A DNA stretch of 64,000 nt from an uncultured bacterium (GCA_903851135.1 CAINNK010000014.1:37574-101573); one strand, 5' to 3'. Positions 1-9,880 are shown, counted from the stretch's first letter. The notes: generated from the sequence alone by a model not told the origin. Program-made: numbers and translations.

Positions 1-345
1 GTTGATAAAACTTCCGCCATTTTGAATGTCGGCTTTTTTGATGTCAAAAAGAAATTGAAAATCTTCTTTTTTTAAATCTAAATTTATTTCTTCTTGAACT
101 TCTCGAATCAAGGCTTGCTGCGAAGTTTCACTGCTCAGCACATGGCCACCGAAATAGACATCCCAAAGTCCAGGATAATATTTTTTGTTTTTAGCTCGAC
201 GATGAATAAAAATTTCGTCTTTGTTATTCATCAGCAAAACCTGCGCCGTTTTATGCCAAAGCCCGCGACTATGAACCTCCTCGCGACTGGCCGATTTTCC
301 CATCGCTTTGCCATTTTCATCAAGGATGTCTAGATATTCTTCCAT
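1..345 (-). CDS. NUDIX hydrolase (IPP-isomerase-like subfamily), truncated by window edge
   Basis: Manual translation of minus strand from ATG at 345: MEEYLDILDENGKAMGKSASREEVHSRGLWHKTA...FGGHVLSSETSQQALIREVQEEI (Nudix box); not in ORF track because open at the edge. Confidence 0.85.
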   Translation of the reverse strand, partial: MEEYLDILDENGKAMGKSASREEVHSRGLWHKTAQVLLMNNKDEIFIHRRAKNKKYYPGLWDVYFGGHVLSSETSQQALIREVQEEINLDLKKEDFQFLFDIKKADIQNGGSFIN

Positions 346-358
346 AAAGAAATATTTT

Positions 359-895
359 TTATAGTAATCCTAGAAAATCTAATCCCAGATAACCAACTTC
401 CACATCACTCATTTGCCCTTTTCTCAAAAGCTGTCTAAATTCTGACAAGGAAACTAGATCCACTTGAATAAATTCGGTAGCATCTAATTTTTGCTCAGCA
501 ATTTTCTCGCAATCTGTTACAACTAAGCAGTATCTCTTTGCCGTAGAATAAGCGTCTAAGATACATTCTGTAACAAATTGGGCTTTGCCAGCATAACCAG
601 TTTCTTCCAATAGTTCCCTTTCCGCTGCACCGATTAAATCTTCATTGCCATCAATAGCTCCCCCGGGCATTTCAAATAAAATTTTCTTCGGACCAGGACG
701 AAATTGTTTCGCCAAAATAATCTCTTTATTTTTCGTAAGTGCTAAAACACAAACAAATGATGTTTCTGTCTTTAAATAAAAATCATATTCCTTATTATCT
801 GGTAATTTGAAAACAACTTTCTCCATTCCTCTACCATACTTACTAAAAATTTCTTCCCGTGAAATCTCTTCCCAAGCTTTTATTTCTTCTGCCAT
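359..895 (-). CDS. NUDIX hydrolase, ADP-ribose pyrophosphatase-like
   Basis: QFRPG...EMPGGAIDGNEDLIGAAERELLEETGY Nudix box. Confidence 0.9.
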   Translation of the reverse strand: MAEEIKAWEEISREEIFSKYGRGMEKVVFKLPDNKEYDFYLKTETSFVCVLALTKNKEIILAKQFRPGPKKILFEMPGGAIDGNEDLIGAAERELLEETGYAGKAQFVTECILDAYSTAKRYCLVVTDCEKIAEQKLDATEFIQVDLVSLSEFRQLLRKGQMSDVEVGYLGLDFLGLL

Positions 896-974
896 AAGAT
901 TATCTTTGAATATTAAATTTAATTTTCAAATGAAAGCTAATCATTTAAAAGCTAAAGAAGCTATAAGCTAAAAG

Positions 975-2444
975 CTATTCCTTCTCTTTCATTGGCGGAA
1001 AAATCACACATTCGCGGACGGATTTGTTCATCAGGAAAGAAAAGAAACGCTCACTGAGGCCGAAACCAAAAGCTGGAGGCATGCCATATTCCAAAGCTTC
1101 AACGAAATCTTCGTCAATCATTTGCGCTTCCACATCACCTGCTTCTCGCAGGGCCATCTGGGCTTCAAAGCGACCTTTTTGATCAATTGGATCATTCAGC
1201 TCGGCAAACGCGTTGCAAAGCTCGGCTGTGCCAGCCACAACTTGAAAACGCAAAACCTTGTTGGGGTTGCTTGGATTCTTTTTGGCCAAAGGTGAAACTT
1301 CCAGCGGATGACCGACCAAGAAACAAGGTTGAATTAATTTCTGACGCACAGTTTTTTTGTACACCGTGTCAATCAAGCGGCCCTTGCCATAGGATTTTTC
1401 ATATTTAATGCCAAGTTCATCAGCCTTAGCGCGCAGATCTTCAACAGAAACATTTTCCGCCAAATCTAAGCCTGTCTCTTGTTTGAAAGCTTCAAAATAG
1501 TCCACAATCGGAAAAGGTTTTTCCCAATCAATTTCAAATTCTTCATATTTTGTAATCAAACTACCTGTGACATTTTTCACAACCTCGCGATAAAGTTTTT
1601 CAGAAAACTCCATACCTTTTTTCAAATCCCAATAAGCTGCATAAAATTCCATGTGGTCAAATTCTTGCAAATGTTGTCGGTCAATTCCTTCATTGCGAAA
1701 AACTCGACCGATTTCAAAAACTTTTTCGAAGCCCCCAACCAAAAGTCGCTTGAGCGAAAGTTCCAATGAAATGCGCATGAAAAAATCTTGATCAAGCGCA
1801 TTGTGATGCGTGATGAAAGGTTCTGCTTCAGCTCCGCCGGGAATATTTTCCAGCACTGGATTTTGCACTTCCAAAAATCCATCAGTTGCCAAGAAGTTTC
1901 GGATAGTTTGCCAGAAGATATTTTTTTTGCGAAAAAGCTCGCGAGTGTCAGAATTGATCATCAAATCCAGATATCTCCTGCGTAAAAGCTCCTCCTCATC
2001 CTTGATGCCAAAATGCTCAGTCGGAATCGGACGGATGTTTTTGCTCAGCATTTTCCAATCAGTCACTTTCAAAGATTTTTCTTCGGTCTTGGTCAAAAAA
2101 AGCTGCCCAGTGACTTGCACAAAATCTCCCAAGTCCACATTCTTCACAAAAAGTTTGAAAAGTTCTTCCGGCATGTTGCCTTTGTTCAAAAAAAGCTGCA
2201 TTTTGCCTGACTCATCTTCAATGTTCGCAAAAGCGCTGCCACCCATCGGACGCATCGAACGCACCCGCCCAACCAAAGTTATTTCTTTAGCAGTGAGCTT
2301 GTCGCTTGCAATGAGCTTGTCGAATTGTTCCACCACCTGCGCATTGCAAAAATCCCGCTTGGTTTTTTCTGGATAGGCTTCCATGCCATAATTTTTAATA
2401 TTTTCCAATTTCTCCAATTTAACTTGCAAAATATCTTCTCTCAT
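975..2444 (-). CDS. lysS: Lysine--tRNA ligase (class II)
   Basis: OB-fold N-terminus, GGAEAEPFITHHNALD, FRNEGID, ALEYGMPP motifs; ATG at 2444 preferred start. Confidence 0.97.
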   Translation of the reverse strand: MREDILQVKLEKLENIKNYGMEAYPEKTKRDFCNAQVVEQFDKLIASDKLTAKEITLVGRVRSMRPMGGSAFANIEDESGKMQLFLNKGNMPEELFKLFVKNVDLGDFVQVTGQLFLTKTEEKSLKVTDWKMLSKNIRPIPTEHFGIKDEEELLRRRYLDLMINSDTRELFRKKNIFWQTIRNFLATDGFLEVQNPVLENIPGGAEAEPFITHHNALDQDFFMRISLELSLKRLLVGGFEKVFEIGRVFRNEGIDRQHLQEFDHMEFYAAYWDLKKGMEFSEKLYREVVKNVTGSLITKYEEFEIDWEKPFPIVDYFEAFKQETGLDLAENVSVEDLRAKADELGIKYEKSYGKGRLIDTVYKKTVRQKLIQPCFLVGHPLEVSPLAKKNPSNPNKVLRFQVVAGTAELCNAFAELNDPIDQKGRFEAQMALREAGDVEAQMIDEDFVEALEYGMPPAFGFGLSERFFSFLMNKSVRECVIFPPMKEKE

Positions 2445-2529
2445 AATAGCTTTTAGCTTCATTAACCTTTAACCCTGACGCGCATGCAACAGGGTAAAGT
2501 TTTTGGCTTTTCAAAAATAAAAAAAATTA

Positions 2530-2657
2530 CACGCACATTGAGCAAGCTTACTTTTTCTTTTTTCGATTGAAAGTATTTCTCTTTGATGTCAAAATATCAA
2601 ATATTTTTAAAACACTTTCACTGGGATAAAAAGAAAAATGTATGCAAGCGAGATGCC
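2530..2657. repeat. Long imperfect palindromic intergenic element
   Basis: gcttactttttctttt...tgaaagt / actttca...aaaagaaaaatgtatgc arms. Confidence 0.5.
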
Positions 2658-2682
2658 TAATTTACAAAATAGTTATATCAGA

Positions 2683-2825
2683 AAATTAGAACTATTTTTT
2701 TTCGAATTAAACTCAAAAATTTTTATTATAGCTAAAATTTTCCCTCAATCAGCTCGGCCAATGGAAAATTTTAGACAATAAAAAGTTTTTCAAACAGGTA
2801 ATTCTCAAAAAATTAGTTCCAATTT
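2683..2825. repeat. Long imperfect palindromic intergenic element
   Basis: aaattagaacta...ctaaaattttcc / ggaaaattttag...tagttccaattt nested arms. Confidence 0.6.
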
Positions 2826-2875
2826 CCAGATTAAACCTGCTAGTATCATAGCCTGTTTCTGCCTTTTTTGCAAAC

Positions 2876-2903
2876 AAAAAATCCGCTATTCAGGCGGATT
2901 TTT
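2876..2903 (-). terminator. Intrinsic terminator of greA
   Basis: aaaaatccgc-tattcag-gcggattttt hairpin just after the stop codon. Confidence 0.8.
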
Positions 2904-2920
2904 AAAAGAATTGCTTGGAC

Positions 2921-3379
2921 CTATCGAACTTCTAAAATCTTATAGTCAATCGTGATTCCTTTTGGAGTCAAAACCTTTACAGCATCTCCACCAGCATGAC
3001 CCATGAAAGCTTTTCCAAGTGGTGATTCATTTGAAACCTTGAAATTGGCAGGATCAGCCTCATTTGATCCAACGATAGTAAATTCCATCTTGGCTCCATT
3101 TGATTCAACCTTCACAATTGAACCGATTTGAGCACCCTTGAGAGATTCATCTTTTTCAACCACCTGAGAATTTTTCACAATCATTTCCAGCTCACTGATG
3201 CGAGATTCATTTTCATTTTGCTGAGATTTGGCTTCGGCATATTCAGCGTTCTCACTCAAATCCCCTTGCTCCTTGGCTTCCTTAATAGCTTGAGCAATTT
3301 CCTGCCTGAGTCTGGTTTTACGATCTTCCAGTTCGTCATTAAGTTTCTTGAGTCCATCTTTAGTAATAAGTCGTACCAT
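2921..3379 (-). CDS. greA: Transcription elongation factor GreA
   Basis: GDLSENAEY and SNESPLGKA motifs. Confidence 0.97.
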   Translation of the reverse strand: MVRLITKDGLKKLNDELEDRKTRLRQEIAQAIKEAKEQGDLSENAEYAEAKSQQNENESRISELEMIVKNSQVVEKDESLKGAQIGSIVKVESNGAKMEFTIVGSNEADPANFKVSNESPLGKAFMGHAGGDAVKVLTPKGITIDYKILEVR

Positions 3380-3457
3380 ATTGTTGAGTTAATTTTTTTA
3401 GTGATTACAAAATATCACCCGAAGGCGATATTTGGATATTTTTTTGACAGCCAAGCA

Positions 3458-3486
3458 ATGATACACAAAAACCAAGGCGCTGTCAA
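3458..3486 (-). promoter_or_regulatory. Sigma-70 promoter of greA
   Basis: TTGACA-17 nt-TATCAT on minus strand. Confidence 0.75.
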
Positions 3487-3544
3487 TAACGGACGAAAAG
3501 GCCATCTTTATTGACTAAAATTTCACTATACTGCAAAATTATCG

Positions 3545-4675
3545 CTAAAATATTCCTTTAATTTTGTCAAAAATATCTATCCTTACAAGATCAAAATAAG
3601 TCACCACCACCATCAAAGTTATCAGCAGAAGAAAGCCAGCTGTGTGGAAAGTTTGCTCAATTTTTTGACTCACTGGACTGCCTTTGATTTTTTCAATCAA
3701 GACAAAGAGCACGCGACCACCATCCAACGCTGGAAAAGGCAAAATATTGACAATCCCAAGGTTCACACTCAAAATAGCTGCGAAACGAAGCATGAAAGAA
3801 AAACCAAGTGGAATAATCTGTCCAGTATAAGAAGCGATGCCAACAATGCCAGTCACTGAAAGGCCCGTTTTGTTTCCAGTGAAAAGTTTCTTGAGAACAT
3901 CAAGCATCATTAACATGATTGTCCCAATTTCAACCAAACCTTTCCAAAAAGATTCAAAAAAAGAAAACTTGGCCGTGACAACCTCACCCATACCAGAAAT
4001 GCCAAGAGCCCCTTGGCCAGTTTCTGTCTGCTCACGCGGAATTCCCTTGAGCTGAAGCTGTTTTTTTCCTCTTTGCACATCAAGTGATATTTCTTGTCCT
4101 TTATTGACTTTGACATATGTTTGCACATCTTCCACGGTTGCAAAAGTTCCGCTACTGCCAGCAAGTAAAAAGTCGCCAATTTGCAAGCCCATTTTTTGGG
4201 CCGGCGATTTGTCTTCAATGCCTTGAACGAGAATTTTAGCCCCAGCCGCATGCTCGCCAGTAACATCCTGATAAGTGCCCAGCATGAAAGTTGCCGAAAG
4301 CAAAATCCAAGCAAACAGAAAATTCATCAAAACGCCTGCCACCAAAACTGCAATTCTGGCCCAGGCGGGCTTGGAGGCAAAACTGTCAGTCTCTTTTTTG
4401 CCCTCACCATCTTCGCCCTTAATTTTCACAAAGCCTCCAATTGGAAACCAGTTAAGCGAATAGACGGTATTTTTGGAAACGATTTCCTGGCCGCCCTTAA
4501 CAAATTTCCACTTGCCACTTTTGTCATCTTTAACCACCCCAAGCGCTCGCGGTGGAAAACCCAAGCCAAATTCATCAGCCTTGATCCCGTTTAGCCTTGC
4601 CACTACAAAGTGACCCAACTCATGAACAAAGACGAGCACCCCGAGGATTATAATAAAGACGATTACTGTAAACAT
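3545..4675 (-). CDS. rseP: RIP metalloprotease RseP (M50, PDZ domain)
   Basis: HELGH zinc motif, NILPFPALDGG motif, central PDZ-like region. Confidence 0.95.
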   Translation of the reverse strand: MFTVIVFIIILGVLVFVHELGHFVVARLNGIKADEFGLGFPPRALGVVKDDKSGKWKFVKGGQEIVSKNTVYSLNWFPIGGFVKIKGEDGEGKKETDSFASKPAWARIAVLVAGVLMNFLFAWILLSATFMLGTYQDVTGEHAAGAKILVQGIEDKSPAQKMGLQIGDFLLAGSSGTFATVEDVQTYVKVNKGQEISLDVQRGKKQLQLKGIPREQTETGQGALGISGMGEVVTAKFSFFESFWKGLVEIGTIMLMMLDVLKKLFTGNKTGLSVTGIVGIASYTGQIIPLGFSFMLRFAAILSVNLGIVNILPFPALDGGRVLFVLIEKIKGSPVSQKIEQTFHTAGFLLLITLMVVVTYFDLVRIDIFDKIKGIF

Positions 4676-4838
4676 AATTTATGTAAAATAAAAACCACAC
4701 CCATAAATTATGGTCTATAATTTTTAATTTTAATTTTTTAATTTTAAATGAATTAACTAATGTTAAAATTTTAAAAAAATTAATTCATTTTTGTTTCAAT
4801 TCAAATTTTAAATTTAAAATTTCAAATTCGCAAAGCGG

Positions 4839-5396
4839 TTACACTGTCATTATCTCCTTTTCTTTGCTAACTCTGATTTCTTCAACTTTGCGATTAAATT
4901 CATCCACAACTTCTTGCAATTTTTCTTTGCCTTTAAACTTGTCATCCTCGCTCATGCCACCTTCGGTTTCAAGTTTTTGCAGTTCTTTCCAAGCATCTTC
5001 ACGAATCGAACGCAGTGCGATGCGACCTTCTTCAGCTTTCTGATTCAAAATTTTGACCATTTCTTTGCGACGCTCTTCCGTCAACATTGGAATATTGATG
5101 CGCACTAAAATTCCATCATTCATTGGATTGAGATTCAAATCAGATTCCCTAATTGCCCCTTCGATAGCGGCAATCGCTCCTCTGTCCCAAGGTTGAATCA
5201 CCAAACTACGAGGTTCCGGAGTAGAAATGCTCGCAATTTGTTTGAGTGGGGTTTTTGCTCCATAATAATTGACTGTCACGTCTTCAACCAAGGCTGGGGT
5301 GGCTCTGCCAGTTCGAACCTTGCTAGCTTCACTTTTCAAATGCTCAATTGCTTTTTCAAATTCCACGGTTTTTTGCTTGATTATTTCGCTATACAT
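4839..5396 (-). CDS. frr: Ribosome recycling factor
   Basis: RTGRATP, IQPWD, LTEERRKE motifs. Confidence 0.97.
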   Translation of the reverse strand: MYSEIIKQKTVEFEKAIEHLKSEASKVRTGRATPALVEDVTVNYYGAKTPLKQIASISTPEPRSLVIQPWDRGAIAAIEGAIRESDLNLNPMNDGILVRINIPMLTEERRKEMVKILNQKAEEGRIALRSIREDAWKELQKLETEGGMSEDDKFKGKEKLQEVVDEFNRKVEEIRVSKEKEIMTV

Positions 5397-5409
5397 TTAC
5401 CCTGTTAAA

Positions 5410-5500
5410 TAAGATTGGGTCTTCTTAGAAAGACGCAACTTACTTGAAATAATTGTTATTTTAATTTTTACGATGTTCTTAATTATAAACCCCAATCTTA
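5410..5500. repeat. Palindromic element upstream of frr
   Basis: taagattggg ... cccaatctta 10-bp inverted ends with weak internal pairing. Confidence 0.45.
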
Positions 5501-5580
5501 ATTTCAAAAAATTACTATTTTTTAAAATTATTTAACTGGGTGAATATTTTAATTACTTAGATTATTACGTATCATCAACA

Positions 5581-6636
5581 CTAATATTTCCTGAGTCCGG
5601 CATAAATTTTGAGCGGATCAGACCTATCATATTTCAAAACACTAATCTCCTTGACTGTATCCAATTGAAATGTTGCCCAAGTTGCTCCCCCATCGTTTGA
5701 TTTATAAATGGCCTGCGCGGCTGCATACATGATTTCCTTTGAGTTGGCAGGATTAACAGCAATAGCATGAATCGGAAAAGCCTTCGAGCTCTCAATAATA
5801 TTAAGGGGCTTCCAAAGATCACCACTGCCAGTTTTTTCAAAGATGCCACCACCAGTGCCAAGATACACAACACCTCCAAGATTAGAATCGCCAACGATGC
5901 TAAAAAAACTGTTAGCATGCTGAACAGAATCAACCTTTTGCGTGATATCTTCAATAGTCTTGCCGCCATCTTTCGTTTCAAGTAGGCCGAGCTGGAAAAC
6001 CAAAAAGAAAAGATGCCAATCGTTGCCGCTATCAAAAACAATCCCCGTTACTGGACCATCAGCCTTTTTGAGGTTAGCCCAGGTCGAACCACCATCAGTG
6101 GTTTTAACAATCACTCCATCACTAGTTCCCGCAAAAAGAATTTGGGAATTGACAGGGTTAATTGCAAGTGAAGAAATGATGGTACCATCGGCCGGTTCAG
6201 TATAAACTTCCTTCCATTGCTCTCCTTCTTTCAAGCGTTTAAAAATTTTCGCTCTACCATTAAGCACCCCACTGGCGTACATGACATCGTGATTTTGAGG
6301 ATCGAAAAGCACGTTATATGCTTTGTTGGGAAACGCCACTTGCGCCCAAGTCTCAGCGCCATCCTTTGAAACAAACAGCCCACTTGTGTCTGTGCCAAGA
6401 TAAACAATGTTCGGATCAACACGATCTATGGCCATCGAAAGCACGTCCACGCCTGAGATTGTTCGCTTGTCATCAACTTTAATCTTGGGTAGCCACCCAG
6501 TTCCGCCATCAACTGATTTAATCACGGTCGCATTCGTCATTGGATTGCTAGAGGTCTTGATGGAAGTCGGAAAACTGCAGCCGGAGAAAAGAAAGGCTGC
6601 CGACATAATTGCCAAAATTGAGAATGTTTTTTTCAT
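5581..6636 (-). CDS. Lipoprotein with BNR/Asp-box repeats (YCF48/sortilin-like beta-propeller)
   Basis: Lipobox LFSGC; repeated SxDGGxTW motifs; start at ATG 6636. Confidence 0.85.
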   Translation of the reverse strand: MKKTFSILAIMSAAFLFSGCSFPTSIKTSSNPMTNATVIKSVDGGTGWLPKIKVDDKRTISGVDVLSMAIDRVDPNIVYLGTDTSGLFVSKDGAETWAQVAFPNKAYNVLFDPQNHDVMYASGVLNGRAKIFKRLKEGEQWKEVYTEPADGTIISSLAINPVNSQILFAGTSDGVIVKTTDGGSTWANLKKADGPVTGIVFDSGNDWHLFFLVFQLGLLETKDGGKTIEDITQKVDSVQHANSFFSIVGDSNLGGVVYLGTGGGIFEKTGSGDLWKPLNIIESSKAFPIHAIAVNPANSKEIMYAAAQAIYKSNDGGATWATFQLDTVKEISVLKYDRSDPLKIYAGLRKY

Positions 6637-6708
6637 ATAAATCCAGTGTATCAAAGAAATTAGAAAAAATCCAGAGGGAAAAAACCTTAAAAATTTCAAC
6701 CAGACTTG

Positions 6709-7779
6709 TTATTGAAAAGCTTCGACAATATCTTGCTCTGTCAATTTTTTACGCCTTATCTGCAAGGGAATCTCCTGCTTGGCTAATTCATAATTTTCAA
6801 AAGCGCCAGATAAATGAATATGAGAACGCAAAATACTTAATTGCACAATCGCCCTGCCAAGATTCTCCTGTCCCTGAGAACGATATTTTTTAATAAGTTC
6901 CTCGTCAAGAGCATTTCTAAATTTTTTATTGTTCCACGAACGAGCTCGTAAATTTCCAAAATCGCGAATCATGGCAATAGCGCTATTCTGAAATATCCCA
7001 ACCCATTCAAAATCCAATAATTCAACTTCGCCAGAATCGAAAACATACAGATTATTTGGTGACACATCACCATGAACTATTGAGACAACACGATTTGACT
7101 TAGCATTAATAAGTGACTCCAAGCCTGTTAAAATTTCCTTGGCCTTGTTTTTGACATCAAATATAGGAAGCCTTCTTTCTAAAACTTTATGAAAAATTTC
7201 TACTTCACCTTTTCCATCTAACGTTCGAACTTTTCTATTAAGATAACGAAAAACTTGGCGCCTGAATCCTTTGTAATCTCCGGGATAAATTTTTAAAATC
7301 TTTTTTAGGCTTGGCGACAAAGATTCAATTGAAATAGAGTGAAATTTGAAAAGTTGATTAACAACCTGTTTTGCTTCTCGACTACCAAGAAGCTGCGCCC
7401 CTTTGTTCCCTTCAATAAACCCGATTTTTGAATGATCAATAGGAAAAGTTTCCATAATAGCAAACGGAACACCTTTTTTTGGATCATAATTTGCAGCCAC
7501 AACTCCTCTTGTGCGAATAACCTTGTTTGCTTTGAGATAATTTGCGATTTCAATTTGACGCTGAAATGGCAAAAGAATTTTCTTGGTATTATTTTTAGGT
7601 ATTTTAACAAATCGCTCAATGATTTTTCCTTTTTCCAATCTTTTTGCAACCATAAAAAAATACCTGCGTCCATTTGTAGTGCCTTTCTGAATAATTTTTC
7701 TTTCTCTGTTTTCAATAATAAATTCTTGCTCGTTAAGAACTTTGTAAACCCTATTTTGATATTTTGTTAATTGATTCAT
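6709..7779 (-). CDS. Aminoglycoside/choline-kinase-like phosphotransferase
   Basis: HGDVSPNN (Brenner motif) and LLDFE motif. Confidence 0.75.
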   Translation of the reverse strand: MNQLTKYQNRVYKVLNEQEFIIENRERKIIQKGTTNGRRYFFMVAKRLEKGKIIERFVKIPKNNTKKILLPFQRQIEIANYLKANKVIRTRGVVAANYDPKKGVPFAIMETFPIDHSKIGFIEGNKGAQLLGSREAKQVVNQLFKFHSISIESLSPSLKKILKIYPGDYKGFRRQVFRYLNRKVRTLDGKGEVEIFHKVLERRLPIFDVKNKAKEILTGLESLINAKSNRVVSIVHGDVSPNNLYVFDSGEVELLDFEWVGIFQNSAIAMIRDFGNLRARSWNNKKFRNALDEELIKKYRSQGQENLGRAIVQLSILRSHIHLSGAFENYELAKQEIPLQIRRKKLTEQDIVEAFQ

Positions 7780-7891
7780 GTGACTATCCTAATTTGATTA
7801 AATGCCTTCAAGAGACGCATCAGATAAATTCATTATAAATTGGATTGGATAAATTTGAAAGAAATTGAAAGGAGGAGAGTTTTGAGGAAAT

Positions 7892-7924
7892 AAAAAAGAC
7901 GGCTACCTATAGTAGTCCCGTCTT
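7892..7924 (-). terminator. Intrinsic terminator of orphan gene
   Basis: Minus strand aagacgggactac-tatag-gtagccgtctttttt. Confidence 0.7.
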
Positions 7925-7947
7925 AAGCGATTTTTAAAACTCATCCT

Positions 7948-8277
7948 TCATATAAACTTGCATACAAGCTTACGATCCTCTGAATAATGTCGCACGCAAA
8001 TACCATCTTCATCTGTAGCAAGATTCAGTTGAAGACCGGGCATGACCTGAAAATAAATTCCATCATCAGCAAGTTCATGACAAGAAATATCTGCTCCGCC
8101 CAAATCAACACAGCAGCTACCTCCTCCCATTTCGCCAATATAGGTACCCATAATTTTGGCAGATTCTCCCGGTTTTATTTCCACATCTGCAGTATATGGA
8201 TCCTTGCCAAAGAGGGCTACTGAGACTGACCAGCTAAAAACTAAAACTGGAAACGAACAATTATTAATAACTTGCAT
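7948..8277 (-). CDS. Hypothetical protein
   Basis: ORF with GGAG upstream of ATG 8277, own promoter and terminator; no recognisable motif. Confidence 0.65.
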   Translation of the reverse strand: MQVINNCSFPVLVFSWSVSVALFGKDPYTADVEIKPGESAKIMGTYIGEMGGGSCCVDLGGADISCHELADDGIYFQVMPGLQLNLATDEDGICVRHYSEDRKLVCKFI

Positions 8278-8488
8278 ATAATCTTCTCCGTTTATTGTTT
8301 CAAGAATACCTTTTTGCAAAAATATAATAAAAAGAACTTCAAGAAAGTCTAGCATGCAATAAGCTTTTGTCAATCATAGATATGAAAAAATGGCCATAAA
8401 AAGCCATTTTTGAGTATATTTTTGCAATTTTAATTTCCCGCTAAAAAAGTACGGTCAAGGACAGTTCTTGACTAATCCCTGAAGAAAT

Positions 8489-9298
8489 TCATTTCCCGTG
8501 ATGAAAATAAATTCTGCAATCAATTTTATTTTCAAGGCAATATCCTTTTATTTCTTTTTCAACATCATTCCAATAATCATTTTTGGTAAAATATATTTTT
8601 TCGTATTTTTCTAATAGTTCGGGATGTTTTTGCTGCAACCAACTCTTGATATTATTCCAGATATTCCCTTTAACATTAAGATTTTCCAACATGTAAAAAT
8701 CTGCATATTCCTTAGTTTTGTTTATGATATCTTTCCAATCAGTTAAAAATGGAAAAATGGGGCCAATAAAAACATAAGTTTTAATGCCCGCCTCACGCAT
8801 TTCTTTCAGGGCCGTTATCCTGTCTGAAACTGAAGACACATGAGGCTCAACCTCTTTACGAATATCGTCATCGATTGTCGTGATTGTCAGCCCAGCTTCG
8901 CAATTTTCAAACTGTTTCAACAAGTCAATATCTCTAACGATTAAATTGGATTTGGTCTGAATTCCAAGTTTTGGCTCAAGTGGGATAAGTTTTTTCAGAA
9001 TTTTTCTGGTCAATTCATATTTGCGTTCAAGTGAAAGATACGGATCGGTGACAGAAGCAAGAAAAATTGACTTATTTTTGTATTTCAAACTTTTCTCTGG
9101 AATTAAATCTGGAGCGTTTATTTTCACATCAACGAACTGTCCCCAAGGTTCAACGTGTCCAGTAAATCGCTTCATGAAACTTGCATAGCAATAAATACAG
9201 CTGTGCATGCAGCCAACATAAGGATTGATAACATAATCCGCATCTGGAAGATTGGATTTTGTTATTATTGAGCTGGCTTTAATTTCTTTTAATATCAT
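8489..9298 (-). CDS. Radical SAM protein, spore photoproduct lyase-like (SplB-related)
   Basis: NPYVGCMHSCIYCYA (CxxxCxxC) and SVTDPY motifs. Confidence 0.9.
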   Translation of the reverse strand: MILKEIKASSIITKSNLPDADYVINPYVGCMHSCIYCYASFMKRFTGHVEPWGQFVDVKINAPDLIPEKSLKYKNKSIFLASVTDPYLSLERKYELTRKILKKLIPLEPKLGIQTKSNLIVRDIDLLKQFENCEAGLTITTIDDDIRKEVEPHVSSVSDRITALKEMREAGIKTYVFIGPIFPFLTDWKDIINKTKEYADFYMLENLNVKGNIWNNIKSWLQQKHPELLEKYEKIYFTKNDYWNDVEKEIKGYCLENKIDCRIYFHHGK

Positions 9299-9390
9299 AG
9301 CCTCAAGTTCATTTTATGCATTTATAGTATCACCAAGCAGATGATTACTCAATATCTTGGCGTCTACCTTGCCAGCCTTGCTGCTGAGAT

Positions 9391-9572
9391 GGGTTCGAAT
9401 CCCTCTGTACCCAATGTTTACAGAGTGTCGCGTCACTCACTCGTCGACACTCGTTCATTCCTTGCCCGCGGTGGCGCCAAATGCTCATCCGCATTTGTCG
9501 GCGCTCTCCTGCGTTGCCTTTCTGCTGAAAGTCAACTTGTTTCGCTGCCACCGGTTCGAATCCCTCTGTACC
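9391..9572 (+). repeat. Two inverted copies of the tRNA-Lys 3' end flanking a GC-rich hairpin insert
   Basis: gggttcgaatccctctgtaccca (9391-9413) and ggttcgaatccctctgtacc (9553-9572) match the T-arm/acceptor of the adjacent minus-strand tRNA. Confidence 0.85.
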
Positions 9573-9584
9573 TATACATTTAAA

Positions 9585-9617
9585 AAAAATAAAACACCAC
9601 GGGGGTGTTTTATTTTA
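9585..9617 (-). terminator. Terminator after tRNA-Lys
   Basis: aaataaaacacc-loop-ggtgttttattt hairpin plus T-run. Confidence 0.7.
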
Positions 9618-9624
9618 TTATTTG

Positions 9625-9697
9625 TGGGTACAGAGGGATTCGAACCCCCGACCATCGGCTTAAAAGGCCGTTGCTCTACCAACTGAGCTATGTACCC
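9625..9697 (-). tRNA. tRNA-Lys (UUU)
   Basis: Cloverleaf GGGTACA...TGTACCC-A, anticodon loop CTTTTAA, TTCGAAT T-loop; CCA not encoded. Confidence 0.97.
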
Positions 9698-9880
9698 AAA
9701 TAATGTTTTTAAAAAAATTCAACCAAGCTAACTTGGCCATATGTACCCGTAAAATATTGGGGAATAATATAACGTTTTTAATTATATCTTAATCAAAAAT
9801 TAAGTCAACCCATGAAAAAGCTTTTAGGTTTTAGCCCCAATGGCATTTGCCACGGGGTAAACTTCATTAGCTTTTAGTCT

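Noticed and set aside
2465-2700. T-box or lysine riboswitch upstream of lysS
   Set aside because: No T-box consensus (AAGGTGGTACC-like) or recognisable L-box core on the minus strand
9391-9572. CRISPR array
   Set aside because: Only two repeats, a 140-bp spacer, repeats equal tRNA sequence, no cas genes
9341-9686. Short ORFs over the tRNA-Lys region
   Set aside because: They overlap the tRNA and GC-rich hairpins; no protein-like features
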